NCBI GenBank assembly: GCA_964438735.1
Contig: CAYTLW010000029.1
Span: forward strand, 1,724 to 65,723
DNA: 64,000 bases
Direction: 5' to 3'
Source: an uncultured Enterobacteriaceae bacterium
GTDB lineage: Bacteria; Myxococcota_A; UBA9042
Part shown: piece after piece, positions 31,410 to 41,197 of the stretch
Position numbering within the stretch: the first letter of the stretch is position 1
Layout: each line of letters starts with the position of its first letter
Program-made: the position numbers and the translations under genes
The notes under the pieces: model-generated
Seen by the model: only the letters and a program-made list of their open reading frames with translations
Told to the model about the DNA's origin: nothing
The model's database searches: none

Positions 31410-32117
31410 ATGGAAAGCTGGATCATCGAGTTTGTCGATTACCTGATGTCCATGGACGCGCTGGCCATCTATGGTCTGGGCTTCACAGTTTTGCTCGCCT
31501 GTGGCCTCGGCGTGCCCATCCCCGAAGACATCACCCTGCTGCTGATGGGCTATATGACCTATCACGCCATGCCCGATGGCAGCCCGCGGCCCCATGCCAG
31601 CGTCACGTTGGCGGTGCTGGTCGGTCTGGCTGGGGTGATGATCGGCGATGGCTTCATCTTCTATATGGGGCATCGATTCGGTGTGAAGCTGCTCGATAAG
31701 TGGCCTTTTTCGCGAATGCTGGGCGGTGGGCGCCTGGAACGGGCCCGCCGCTTCATCAACAAGAACGGCCCCAAGGTGCTGTTCAGTGCGCGCTTCATGC
31801 CCGGGCTGCGCTCGGTGGTCTTCTTCACCAGCGCGACATTGGCCATCCCCTATCGCCGCTTCCTCATCTATGACGGCCTGGCGGCCCTGCTGTCGGTGCC
31901 GGCGCTGGTGCTGGCGGCCTGGTATTGGGGCGAACAATTCGACCGGGTGGTGGCCAAGGCGCGCCAGGCCGAGCACGGCATCCTGGCCATCATCCTGGTG
32001 GCGGCCGTCGTGCTGGTGGTCAAGCACCTGATCGAGAAGCGCGCGCGACCCGCCGAGCCGGAGTCCGAGTCAGCGCCGGGACCAGGCGGCGAGACCGGCG
32101 GCGATGATGTTCAGTGA
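31410..32117 (+). CDS. DedA/SNARE-associated family membrane protein
   Basis: MESWIIEFVDYL...GLGVPIPEDITLLLMGY is the DedA motif. Multiple TM helices. Confidence 0.75.
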   Translation: MESWIIEFVDYLMSMDALAIYGLGFTVLLACGLGVPIPEDITLLLMGYMTYHAMPDGSPRPHASVTLAVLVGLAGVMIGDGFIFYMGHRFGVKLLDKWPFSRMLGGGRLERARRFINKNGPKVLFSARFMPGLRSVVFFTSATLAIPYRRFLIYDGLAALLSVPALVLAAWYWGEQFDRVVAKARQAEHGILAIILVAAVVLVVKHLIEKRARPAEPESESAPGPGGETGGDDVQ

Positions 32118-33305
32118 GCGCCGCAGGGGCTCCTCGCCCAGCACATAGGCCAATCGCACCTGGTTCCGCCCGACGCCCTCGCTGGCATAGAAGCCTTCCG
32201 CAGGGGCGAGCATGACCGTCTCGCCGTCCACGTCGAAGTCCTGCAACAGGAAGATGCAGAACGCCTCGGCGTCGTCCACCGGCAGGTCGGCCACCAGGTA
32301 GAACGCGCCGGCCGGATTGGGGCAGCTCACGCCTTCGATGGCGTTCAGTCCAGCGACGACCACGTCCCGTCGATGCTTGTATTCGCGGACCGCGGCCCGC
32401 ATCTCGGCGACCGGCGTGGCGAGGGCCGCCACGGCGGCATGCTGGTCAACGGTGGGTGGCGACAGGCGAGCCTGGGCGAACTTCAGCGCGGCGGCGTAGA
32501 GGGTCTCGTTGCGAGTTACCAGGCAGCCGACGCGGGCACCGCATGCGGAGTAGCGCTTGGAGACCGAGTCCACCACCACCACATGCTGCTCGAAGCCGGG
32601 CAGGGACAGGGCCGATGGGGCCACCTCCAGGCCATCTTCGTAGACGAACTCCCGGTAGACCTCATCCGAGATCAGGGTCATCCGGTTGTCGGCACAGACC
32701 GCAGCCAACGCGCCCAGTTCGGCCTGCGAGAGCACCGCGCCTGTGGGGTTGCCGGGCGTCGGCACAACCAGGGCGCGGCAGCGGTCGGTGGCCGCCGCCC
32801 GAACGCGCTCGGGCAGGATGTTGAAGCCCTCCGAGGCGTAGGTCGCCACCGGCAAGACCTGCACACCCAGCAAGTGGGCGAAGCCGGCGTAGTTGGTGTA
32901 GTAGGGCTCGGCCACCAGGATGGCATCGCCCGGATCGCACAGGGCCGCCAGCAGGAAGAGCAGGGCCTCCGAACCGCCAACGGTAATCATCACCTGGTCG
33001 GCGGTGATGGGCGCCATCTCCGGCGGCACCACCAGCCGGTTGTAGTAGTCAGCCCAGCCGCCGCGCAGCTCGGCGGTGCCCTGGGAGGGGCTGTAGGCCA
33101 CCACGGGCTCATCGAAAGCCTTGTAGGCCGCCCGCATGGTCGACGAGGTGGGCAGATCCGGCTGGCCGATGTTGAGGTGGTGCACGTGCACGCCGCGCGC
33201 GGCCGCGGCCACGGAGTAGGGATGCAGGCGACGAATCGGCGAGGCCGGGGCCAGGCGTCCTCGGTTGGAGAGGGGCGGCGAATTCATCGGAACTCCGGGA
33301 CTCAT
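32070..33305 (-). CDS. PLP-dependent class I/II aminotransferase (aspartate/aromatic aminotransferase-like)
   Basis: Residues SPIRRLHPY...HLNIGQPDLPT plus the conserved fold. Its start ATG overlaps the upstream stop (ATGA). Its 3' end overlaps the convergent dedA-like gene by 48 bp. Confidence 0.8.
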   Translation of the reverse strand: MSPGVPMNSPPLSNRGRLAPASPIRRLHPYSVAAAARGVHVHHLNIGQPDLPTSSTMRAAYKAFDEPVVAYSPSQGTAELRGGWADYYNRLVVPPEMAPITADQVMITVGGSEALLFLLAALCDPGDAILVAEPYYTNYAGFAHLLGVQVLPVATYASEGFNILPERVRAAATDRCRALVVPTPGNPTGAVLSQAELGALAAVCADNRMTLISDEVYREFVYEDGLEVAPSALSLPGFEQHVVVVDSVSKRYSACGARVGCLVTRNETLYAAALKFAQARLSPPTVDQHAAVAALATPVAEMRAAVREYKHRRDVVVAGLNAIEGVSCPNPAGAFYLVADLPVDDAEAFCIFLLQDFDVDGETVMLAPAEGFYASEGVGRNQVRLAYVLGEEPLRRSLNIIAAGLAAWSRR

Positions 33306-33730
33306 GGTGAGGCGATGCGGCCGAGACTCTGCATCATCTCGGCGAGGTCGCGACGCAGGTCGAAGTGCAGGTGGACGAGGGCGATGGTGCGGCCCCCTTC
33401 GTCGAGGCTGCCCCAGAAGCGGGTCAGGCTGCGCACGGGGCGCAGCGGGCTCGGCCGAAAGGCGGCGCGGAATTGCATCGACCCCATGTGGAGATGGTAG
33501 CTGCCACGCGCGGGCGGCCACCAGCGCACATGCAGGTCACCGCCGACGGGTGCATGCTCCAGCAGCCCATCGAGGCTGGCGCGCCCGCTCACTGCGGCAC
33601 GCCACTTGCCGGCATGCCAGGGCGGACGATCCAGGCGCAGGTCCAGCACCAGCTCGCAGGCGTGCACCTCATCGGGCGTCTCGACGCGAAAGTAGCTGCC
33701 GCGCAAGGTCTGTCGCCAGATCAGGCTCAT
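33302..33730 (-). CDS. Hypothetical 142-aa protein inside the DsbA-paralogue operon
   Basis: 4-nt overlaps with both neighbours (ATGA at 33727-33730 and 33302-33305) indicate translational coupling. No recognisable domain. Confidence 0.45.
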   Translation of the reverse strand: MSLIWRQTLRGSYFRVETPDEVHACELVLDLRLDRPPWHAGKWRAAVSGRASLDGLLEHAPVGGDLHVRWWPPARGSYHLHMGSMQFRAAFRPSPLRPVRSLTRFWGSLDEGGRTIALVHLHFDLRRDLAEMMQSLGRIASP

Positions 33731-35655
33731 GGCACGGCCTGCCCGCCGCCTTTGCCGGCGGCGAATGCGACGGCGGCGATGATCCTTCCCTCATCGATGG
33801 GGCCCACGTAGCGTCGGCCGTCGATATAGAGAACCGGCTCCTCGTCCATCTCCAGGCGGGCCTTCAGGCGAACGGCGGTCGCCGCGCCAGCACGGGCCGC
33901 TTCGCCGTCGGCTTCGGCGCGCAGCTTCGCCAGGCCGATGCCCAGGCGCTTCATCGCCTTGCGCAGGGACGACCAGCGGTTGGGATCGGACATGGAAAAG
34001 AGACGCCGCGCCGCGGACAGGCCCTTGCCATGTTTGTGGGCGACCAGGAAGGACGCGCCCGATGGCGTCACGCCGGGTCGGGCGGCCGAGGCGATGGAGA
34101 TGAGGTGCAGCCGGATGGGGTGGGTCCCGTGTCGGCGCAATCGCTCCAGGGCGTGAAAGGTCGCTCGCGACGCCAGGCCCCGGAAATCGACAAAGAGGTG
34201 TACGGGCAGCGCCTTGACGCCCCTGGCGGCCGCGGTGCCCAGGTCGGGTACGCCGCTGAAGTCCACGTCGGCCTCGCGCGGCTCCAGGTCCCGCTCCGCG
34301 GCGCTGATCATGCGTCCAGCGGCGACCAGTGCCCCGTAGACCAGGCGCGGCGGCACGCGGCGGGCTGCCACGGAGGTGAACTCGGCCCTGCTGCGGGTCA
34401 ACGCGGGTTTCAAGCCCGGCTCGTCGGTGCTGCCGCTCCATCGCCGCCCGTTGAGATACAGGGTGCCGGGGCGTGCATCGACGCTGGCGGCCAGGCGCAC
34501 GAAGCGCTCCAGGGCGACGGTGGTGGCAGGGGCGGAGGCGGCGCGGCCGAGCTGCGCCGACGTCATGCCATGGGCCGCGGCCAGGCGCTCCACGCCAGCC
34601 CAGTCCTTGAGTCGCCGGTCGCTGAAGCCCCGAATCATCTTGCCGCGGATGCGCTGGGACAACGAGGTGGCCAGGGCCACGACCGCCAGCGCAAAACGAA
34701 GGCTGCTGCGGCGCCCTGTGGCGCTGCCTGCCGGGTCCACGCGCGGCAATGGCACCACGACCAGGCGGACGCCGCCGGCATCGACGAGCGCCAGCAGTTG
34801 ACCCAGGCCACGACGCTGGGCCGGATCGGCCAGGTCGGCGAACCAGGTCGCCGTCACCGGCGCATCTGCGGGACCCAGGATCGGCTCGCCGCCGAGGATC
34901 TGAACCTGGAATCGGGGCCCCAACGTGCCCGCCGGCCGTGCAGGCGCAGCCGGACCGCCAGCCGCAGCCCCGCCGGTGCGCAACGCATCGAAAGCGGGGT
35001 AGGAGCGGGGCGCGTGCTTGCGGGTATGGCTGCCCTCGCAGTCGTGCGACGCCTCGGTTCGCCTGACCTTTTTACAGCGCTCGAAAGCGCGCTTGAGTGC
35101 CGTCTTCAGGGCGGCAGCGGGCGGTACACCGCCGACTCCGCGACCGTTGAGCAGGGCGCTCGGGGCAGCGCGTACACCGAAGGAGATCGCCGCCCTGCGA
35201 CCGGTCTCCAGGGCCCGCGCCTCGGGCGAGGCGGCGCCGGCAGCGCGGGCGCGCGTCAAGGCGTCCATGTCCAGGCCCACCGCGCCGGCTGCTCGGCTGA
35301 TGGCCCGTCCATCGGGCACGGGGTGGCGTAGCAGGGCGTCGATGAAGGCCGCTTCCTGGTCCTGCGCCCGGGCCACCAGGGCGGCCACCGCGGCCTTGCG
35401 GGCGTGGGCATGCCGGGCCAGGGGCACGTGATGCACGTGTAAACGGGCGCTGTCGCCGTAGGGTTTCAGCGCCAGCCGATACGCCGCCCAGGCGTCCCGC
35501 GAGGGCGGATCTTGCAGGTCGATGAAGAGACGAACCGTCAGCGTCGGCGAGGTCGCCTGCCCTGTCGCTGCCAGCGGTTGACCGCCGGTCAACAACACTG
35601 CCGCCAGCGCGACCGCAGCCACGCTCCCGGCGACGGCGCGGCGACGCGGCTGCAT
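33727..35655 (-). CDS. Secreted triple DsbA-like (thioredoxin-fold) protein with all three catalytic CxxC motifs lost (probable pseudo-oxidoreductase)
   Basis: Signal peptide MQPRRRAVAGSVAAVALAAVLL. Aligns domain by domain with the upstream paralogue, but FIDYQCPFCR has become FIDLQDPPSR, FEDFQCPFCK has become FADLADPAQR, and FQDLQCPFCA has become FVDFRGLASR. Confidence 0.7.
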   Translation of the reverse strand: MQPRRRAVAGSVAAVALAAVLLTGGQPLAATGQATSPTLTVRLFIDLQDPPSRDAWAAYRLALKPYGDSARLHVHHVPLARHAHARKAAVAALVARAQDQEAAFIDALLRHPVPDGRAISRAAGAVGLDMDALTRARAAGAASPEARALETGRRAAISFGVRAAPSALLNGRGVGGVPPAAALKTALKRAFERCKKVRRTEASHDCEGSHTRKHAPRSYPAFDALRTGGAAAGGPAAPARPAGTLGPRFQVQILGGEPILGPADAPVTATWFADLADPAQRRGLGQLLALVDAGGVRLVVVPLPRVDPAGSATGRRSSLRFALAVVALATSLSQRIRGKMIRGFSDRRLKDWAGVERLAAAHGMTSAQLGRAASAPATTVALERFVRLAASVDARPGTLYLNGRRWSGSTDEPGLKPALTRSRAEFTSVAARRVPPRLVYGALVAAGRMISAAERDLEPREADVDFSGVPDLGTAAARGVKALPVHLFVDFRGLASRATFHALERLRRHGTHPIRLHLISIASAARPGVTPSGASFLVAHKHGKGLSAARRLFSMSDPNRWSSLRKAMKRLGIGLAKLRAEADGEAARAGAATAVRLKARLEMDEEPVLYIDGRRYVGPIDEGRIIAAVAFAAGKGGGQAVP

Positions 35656-35656
35656 A

Positions 35657-37672
35657 CTACTGGCGGGTGCCCAGCAGGCGCCGCACGGCCGAGCGGAAGG
35701 TGGTCGCGCTGAAGCCGAGCTGCGGCACGAAGGCGTGGCCGTTGATGAATACCGAAGGCGTGCCCTTGACCTTCAGGCCCGCGCCGATGCCCTTTTCGCG
35801 CTCGACGGCGGCCTTGTAGGCGCCCTCATCCAGCGCCTTGGCCAGCTTCTTGGCGTCGACGCCCACCTTGGCGGCCGTGGCCAGCAGACCGGCGCGATCG
35901 AGCTTGCTCTGGTCGGCCATGACGGCGGCCATGAACTCCCAGAACTTACCCTGCGCCAGGGCTCCCTTGCCCACCTCGGCGGCCATCTGCGCCTGCGGGT
36001 GGATGTCGCCCAGGGGGAAGTCCATCCAGGTCACCTTGATGCGCCCGGGGAACTCCTTCTCGATGGTCGCGATGTGCTGATCCAGGCGCGCGCAGAAGGG
36101 GCACTGCAGGTCCTGGAAGGTGACGATATGGATGGCCGCACCGGAGGGTCCGCGGGTGGCCGAACCGGTCACGTCGATCTGCGCTGCCTTGGCGTCGAGC
36201 GAGTCGAGCAGTTTGCCCTCGCCCACCTGCTTGGCATAGAGCGTGTCCAGGCTCGTGCCCGCCTTGACCGTCGCCTCGGCCTTGGGCAGCTCTTCGTCGA
36301 TCAGCGCGGCGATCTCGGCCTCGCCCTTGGCGCCGACCAGCTTGCGACCGTTGACGAAGATGATCGGCGTGCCGCGGGCGCCGAGCGCAGCGGCCTGCTC
36401 GATATCGGCCTGGATCCGCGGCTCCGCGCCGCGGGACGACATGGCGTTCTGGAACTGGGACGCGTCGAGGCCAGCCTGCGCCGCCTTGGAAGTCAGACCG
36501 TTCTGGCTCAGATCCGCCTGGCCCTCGAAGAGCGCATCGTGCAACTGCCAGAAGCGACCCTGGGCGCGCGCGGCTTCGGCCGCCATGGCGGCGTTCATGG
36601 CGTCGGAGTGGAAGGGCAGCGGGTTGTGCTTGAAGATGACGCGGATCTTGTCGCCGTACTTGGTCCTCAGCGTCTTGAGCGTGCCCTGCAGCTTCTTGCA
36701 GAAGGGGCACTGGAAGTCCTCGAATACCACCAGGGTCACCAGGGCATGCACGGGCCCGACGACGGGATCGTCGGGGCGTACAGCGACGCGCCAGACGATC
36801 TTGCTGTCAGCGTTCCCGTCGCCCACGCGCACCGGCTGGCCGACCTGGATGCCGCCCATGCCACCGCCGACGGGCATGATCTGGGCGCTGGCCACGCCGC
36901 TCTTGCGCTCGACTTTGGCGGGTACCGGCATGGGCGGCGGCGCCTGGCCCTTGACCACGTACTTGTCGTACTCCGGCGCGCGTTTTTCGCTGTTGGCCGC
37001 CACCAGCTTGGCCATCACCTCGGCCCGCTTGGCGCCCGCCTTGGCCAGCTCGTCGTACCTGGCTACTTGCGATGAGACCACCTTGGCCCACGCCTCGGCA
37101 TCCTTGGCGCCCTGCAGCAGGCCGCCGTTGACGATGTAGGACGGCGTGCCGGTGACACCCAACGCGCCGGCGATGGCCACGTCGCGAGCGACCTCGTCGG
37201 CCACGACCTTGCTGGCCAGGGCGGTCTTGAACTTCTCGGCGTCGACGCCAGCGCCGGCCGCCCACTTGATGGCGGCTTCGCGATCGGGCTTGTCCAGGGT
37301 GTAGATGTGGTCGTAGAAGGCGCGCCACTTGCCCTGCTGGCGGGCGGCCACGGCGGCCTTGGCCAGGTCAACACTGCCCTCATGCACCTCGAGCGGCAGG
37401 TTCAGGATGCGCAGGCGCAGCTCGCCTTTGTGGGCCTCGGCCACCTTGAGCAGGTCGGCCGCGTTGGCCCGGCAGAAGGGGCACTGGTAGTCGATGAACG
37501 CCAGCACTTCGACCTTGGCATTGGTGGCGCCCAGGGACGGCCGATCCAGGCTGGCCGCGGCGCCCTTGGCGGCGGAGGCGGGCTTCTTCTTCTTGTCTCC
37601 GCAGCCCTGGGCGACCAGCGCCAGGCTGCACAGCATCAGCAGAGAAACCGGCCATGTCTTGTTGCTCATCAT
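35657..37672 (-). CDS. Triple DsbA-like thiol-disulfide oxidoreductase lipoprotein (three CPFC active sites)
   Basis: Lipoprotein signal MMSNKTWPVSLLMLCSLALVAQGC. Three thioredoxin-fold repeats, each with CPFC. Confidence 0.8.
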   Translation of the reverse strand: MMSNKTWPVSLLMLCSLALVAQGCGDKKKKPASAAKGAAASLDRPSLGATNAKVEVLAFIDYQCPFCRANAADLLKVAEAHKGELRLRILNLPLEVHEGSVDLAKAAVAARQQGKWRAFYDHIYTLDKPDREAAIKWAAGAGVDAEKFKTALASKVVADEVARDVAIAGALGVTGTPSYIVNGGLLQGAKDAEAWAKVVSSQVARYDELAKAGAKRAEVMAKLVAANSEKRAPEYDKYVVKGQAPPPMPVPAKVERKSGVASAQIMPVGGGMGGIQVGQPVRVGDGNADSKIVWRVAVRPDDPVVGPVHALVTLVVFEDFQCPFCKKLQGTLKTLRTKYGDKIRVIFKHNPLPFHSDAMNAAMAAEAARAQGRFWQLHDALFEGQADLSQNGLTSKAAQAGLDASQFQNAMSSRGAEPRIQADIEQAAALGARGTPIIFVNGRKLVGAKGEAEIAALIDEELPKAEATVKAGTSLDTLYAKQVGEGKLLDSLDAKAAQIDVTGSATRGPSGAAIHIVTFQDLQCPFCARLDQHIATIEKEFPGRIKVTWMDFPLGDIHPQAQMAAEVGKGALAQGKFWEFMAAVMADQSKLDRAGLLATAAKVGVDAKKLAKALDEGAYKAAVEREKGIGAGLKVKGTPSVFINGHAFVPQLGFSATTFRSAVRRLLGTRQ

Positions 37673-37800
37673 CACTTTGCCTCCATTGGCGACTGGCGCG
37701 TAGGTATAGGGGCGCCCCGGTGACGGGTCAAGAGCGCACGCGCGCGAGCATGTCGCGACCACAGCCGACAACGCCGCAGGGTCGGCAGATCTTCCTTCGG

Positions 37801-39123
37801 TCAGCTCTTTGCATCCTGGCTATCGTCAGCTTCGTCGCGCAGTCGACGCCAGGTGGCCAGGCGCTCGGCGATGCGGGCTTCCTGGCCGTTGCCGCCGGGA
37901 TGGTAGAATCGCTGTCCACGTAGAGAGTCCGGCAGATAGTGCTGCGGCGCCCAGCCACCTTCCTTGTGGGGGCTGACATAGTCGGCTCCCCAGCCCAGGT
38001 CGCGGGCGACGCGATTGGACGGATTTCGCAGGGTCGCCGGCACCGGCTGGCTGCCCGATCGACGGACGACGGCTGCGGCCTCGCCGAGCGCCCGATAGCT
38101 GGCGTTGGACTTGGGCGCGCAGGCCAGCCACGTGGTGGCGTGGGCCATGGCGATGCGCGACTCGGGCAGGCCCGTCATCTCGTGCGACTGGGCGCAAGAG
38201 ACGGCCAGGGGCAAGGCGCGCGGGTCGGCGTTGCCCACATCCTCGGCCGCGAAGACCATCAACCGCCGGCAGATCACCCGGCCATCCTCGCCGGCCTCCA
38301 GCATGCGCGCCAGATAGTACAGCGCCGCGTCCGGGTCGGACCCGCGCAGCGACTTGATGAACGCCGACAGCAGGTGGAAGTGTTCGTCGCCGCGGCGATC
38401 GTAGCGCGGTCCGCCAGCCAACTGCAGGGCCAGGTAGCCATCCATGTCCACGCTTGGCGGTGCATCCGGCTCCGGGCCGGCGGCCTCCAGGGTGAATTCG
38501 GCGACCACCTCCAGGGCCGACAGGGCCCGCCGGGCATCGCCATCGGCCTCTTCGGCGATGCGGGCCAGCACGTCGTCGGCCACCTGCAGGCCGCTTTCGC
38601 CGTAGCCTTCGTCGCTGGCCAGGGCCCGGCGCAACAGCCCGACCAGGGCCTCCTCGCTCAGCGGCTTGACCAGCAACAGGGCGCAACGGCTGAGCAGCGC
38701 GCTGTTGAGGCTGAAAGCCGGGTTCTCGGTGGTGGCGCCGACCAGGGCCACGGTGCCTGCCTCCACGTGGGGCAGAAATGCATCCTGCTGCGCTTTGTTG
38801 AAGCGGTGGATCTCGTCCATGAAGAGCAGCGTCGGCCGCCCCAGGCGCAATTCGCCCTCAGCGCGTCCAACGATCTCGCGTACCTGCTTCACGCCCGCGA
38901 GTACCGCCGACATGGCCACGAACCGAGCCTTGCCATGGCGAGCGAAGAGGCGCGCGATGGTGGTCTTGCCGGTGCCGGGCGGCCCCCACAGGATCGCCGA
39001 TGGCAGCCTCTCGGCCTGCAGGGCGCGACGGATGAATCCTTCCGGACCGGTCAGGTGCTCCTGGCCGACCACCTCGTCGAGGTCACGCGGTCGAAGGCGA
39101 TCGGCGAGCGGCGCAGCCGTCAA
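37801..39123 (-). CDS. rarA: Replication-associated recombination protein A (AAA+ ATPase)
   Basis: VVGQEHLTGPEG...ILWGPPGTGKTT...LFMDEIHRFNKAQQDAFLPHVE, plus the C-terminal MgsA domain. Confidence 0.9.
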   Translation of the reverse strand: MTAAPLADRLRPRDLDEVVGQEHLTGPEGFIRRALQAERLPSAILWGPPGTGKTTIARLFARHGKARFVAMSAVLAGVKQVREIVGRAEGELRLGRPTLLFMDEIHRFNKAQQDAFLPHVEAGTVALVGATTENPAFSLNSALLSRCALLLVKPLSEEALVGLLRRALASDEGYGESGLQVADDVLARIAEEADGDARRALSALEVVAEFTLEAAGPEPDAPPSVDMDGYLALQLAGGPRYDRRGDEHFHLLSAFIKSLRGSDPDAALYYLARMLEAGEDGRVICRRLMVFAAEDVGNADPRALPLAVSCAQSHEMTGLPESRIAMAHATTWLACAPKSNASYRALGEAAAVVRRSGSQPVPATLRNPSNRVARDLGWGADYVSPHKEGGWAPQHYLPDSLRGQRFYHPGGNGQEARIAERLATWRRLRDEADDSQDAKS

Positions 39124-40034
39124 TCCAGTGACCCCTCACGCAGGGTCAGCACGGGACAGCGGGCATGCTTGATGACGTGCTCGGCGACGCTGCCCATCAG
39201 GGTGTTGCGTACTGCGCTGCGGCCCACCGGCGGGATGATGATCAGGTCGGCCTTGGTGCGGTCGGCGTAGGCCATCACGCCCGAACCCGGCTTGGTATCT
39301 TCGAGCAGTCGCCAGGCACAGGGCACCTTCTCGACGGTGTGCGCGGCGTCGCTCAGGCGAGCCTCCAGGCGCGAGCGCACCCGGTAGTAGAGGTCTTTGG
39401 GCAGCAGGATCTCGCCCTCGGGCGTATCGAGCACCTGCTGGTGGACCGGTTCGACCACGTGCAGCATCTCGAGCTTGCCACCAAACTCGGCGGTGAAGTT
39501 CTCGGCCGGCTCGATGCCGGCGGTGCCACCGGTATCGAAGTTCACCGGGTGCAGCACCTTGCCGAAGCCCGTCCAGTTCTGCATACGGGCGGCGAAGGCC
39601 TCGTTGCAGGTCAACACCGGCACGTTGGTCTCGCGCATGATGCGCGCCGTGGTCGAGTGCAGGATGCGCGCGGTGAAGTCGGCGTAGCCCTCTTGCGGGA
39701 TGACCACCAGGTCGATGTCCAGGTCGTTGATCGCCCGTACAGCCAGGTCGAATGTGGAGCCAATCTGGGTCACGATGCCCGTGTTGACACCCAGGGCCTC
39801 CAGGTCCGAGGCGATCTCCTGCAAGACCGGCATGACCTGGTCCTGGGCCTGCTTGTCGATCAGGCCGCGCACCTTGGCCGCCTCGCCCTCGAGGTAGAAG
39901 AGATCACTGGAGCCGCGCACTGCGTGGAAGATGATCACCTTGGACGAGCAAACGCCCGAGATCACGGACAGCGGCTGGTAGCAAAGCTCAGGCTTGTCGG
40001 TGACGTCGGTCAGCAGCAGGATGCGATCGAACAT
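39120..40034 (-). CDS. Tandem-domain universal stress protein (UspA family)
   Basis: Two Usp domains (ILLLTDVTD...; second ends GSVAEHVIKHARCPVLTL). The stop overlaps the rarA start. Confidence 0.75.
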   Translation of the reverse strand: MFDRILLLTDVTDKPELCYQPLSVISGVCSSKVIIFHAVRGSSDLFYLEGEAAKVRGLIDKQAQDQVMPVLQEIASDLEALGVNTGIVTQIGSTFDLAVRAINDLDIDLVVIPQEGYADFTARILHSTTARIMRETNVPVLTCNEAFAARMQNWTGFGKVLHPVNFDTGGTAGIEPAENFTAEFGGKLEMLHVVEPVHQQVLDTPEGEILLPKDLYYRVRSRLEARLSDAAHTVEKVPCAWRLLEDTKPGSGVMAYADRTKADLIIIPPVGRSAVRNTLMGSVAEHVIKHARCPVLTLREGSLD

Positions 40035-40201
40035 GGCGTTCCTCCGTGGCCGATGGCCGCCCTTAGCGGGGTGTCCCGAAGCTAGATGCCGGTCTATGAA
40101 AGGTCAATGGGAGGCGGTTGGCCGGATGCCCTTGTGGTCGGCGTCCTGATTCTCGTAGCTTGGTGCCCGTCGACGTCGCCAAGTCGGTCCGTGGAGTGTG
40201 C

Positions 40202-41101
40202 ATGCGAGTCCTGGCTCCGATCCTGATCCTCGTGTTGGGCAGCGCCGCCCTGAGCGCCTGCGGCAACGAGTCGGGCGGCAAGGAAGACGCCGGCCCCAGC
40301 GGCGATGTCGAGGCCGAGGTGGTCGGTGGCGACACCCCCTTCGGCGCCGGCTGTATCGACAACGCCGATTGCGCGGCCGGCAAGGAAGACGCCGGCCCCA
40401 GCGGCGATGTCGAGGCCGAGGTGGTCGGTGGCGACACCCCCTTCGGCGCCGGCTGTATCGACAACGCCGATTGCGCGGCCGGGCTCTTCTGCATGCAGAG
40501 CGACTTCGCGCCCGGTGGCTGGTGCACGGTGTTCTGCGACGAAAAACTCCAGGGCGACCACTGCGTCGACCCGGCGCTGAAGGGCGTCGGCGCGTTGTGC
40601 ATCAAGATGCCGGAGGGATTTCGCGGCCCGATCAAACCCTTCTGCGCCATGAAGTGCGACAACACCGCAGAGTGCACGGCCGTGTGGAAGACCTGGGAGC
40701 GCTGCGCCAAGCCCTCCTACAAAAACGAGAATCTCTACAACGACCTGCCCACACGCGTCTGCGAGGCGCCCAGCGCGCACGGCCACAAGCGCGTCGATCC
40801 CCTGGCCTGCCAGTGGGAGGATCAGTACACGGCGCCCCGCTACAACGAGGCCAAACAGGTCTGCAAGGGCTACTGCACATACCTGAAGTCCTGCCAGCTC
40901 TTCGACACCAAGACCCGCAAACTGGACTGCTGCAACTGGCACTGCTTCCAGAAGGCGACGCCCCAGGGCAAGGTGGACGAGGACTTCATGAGCGAACTGA
41001 AGTGCTACACGCAGGCCTTCTACGTAGCCTACCGGGGCACCCCCCGCATCTGCACCGGACCGCCCAAAGACTGCGGCGATCCCGACCCGATGCATGACTG
41101 A
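40202..41101 (+). CDS. Cysteine-rich secreted lipoprotein containing an exact 34-aa (102-bp) tandem duplication
   Basis: Signal MRVLAPILILVLGSAALSAC. Duplicated unit KEDAGPSGDVEAEVVGGDTPFGAGCIDNADCAAG. About 20 Cys in the mature protein. The frame is taken from the ORF table (a 1-nt discrepancy with the printed line numbering is noted in the summary). Confidence 0.7.
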   Translation: MRVLAPILILVLGSAALSACGNESGGKEDAGPSGDVEAEVVGGDTPFGAGCIDNADCAAGKEDAGPSGDVEAEVVGGDTPFGAGCIDNADCAAGLFCMQSDFAPGGWCTVFCDEKLQGDHCVDPALKGVGALCIKMPEGFRGPIKPFCAMKCDNTAECTAVWKTWERCAKPSYKNENLYNDLPTRVCEAPSAHGHKRVDPLACQWEDQYTAPRYNEAKQVCKGYCTYLKSCQLFDTKTRKLDCCNWHCFQKATPQGKVDEDFMSELKCYTQAFYVAYRGTPRICTGPPKDCGDPDPMHD

Positions 41102-41197
41102 TTACATCGCCGCCACGGCACAATCGCCTTTCTGGCGAATCGCCGACGTTGTGGCACGTTGACACTGCCAGACTGGAACCTCACCCAGGAGTTCACC

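Noticed and set aside
35735-37139. Plus-strand ORFs (446 aa and 298 aa) antisense to the triple-DsbA gene
   Set aside because: Shadow ORFs; the sense strand encodes three clear thioredoxin CPFC domains.
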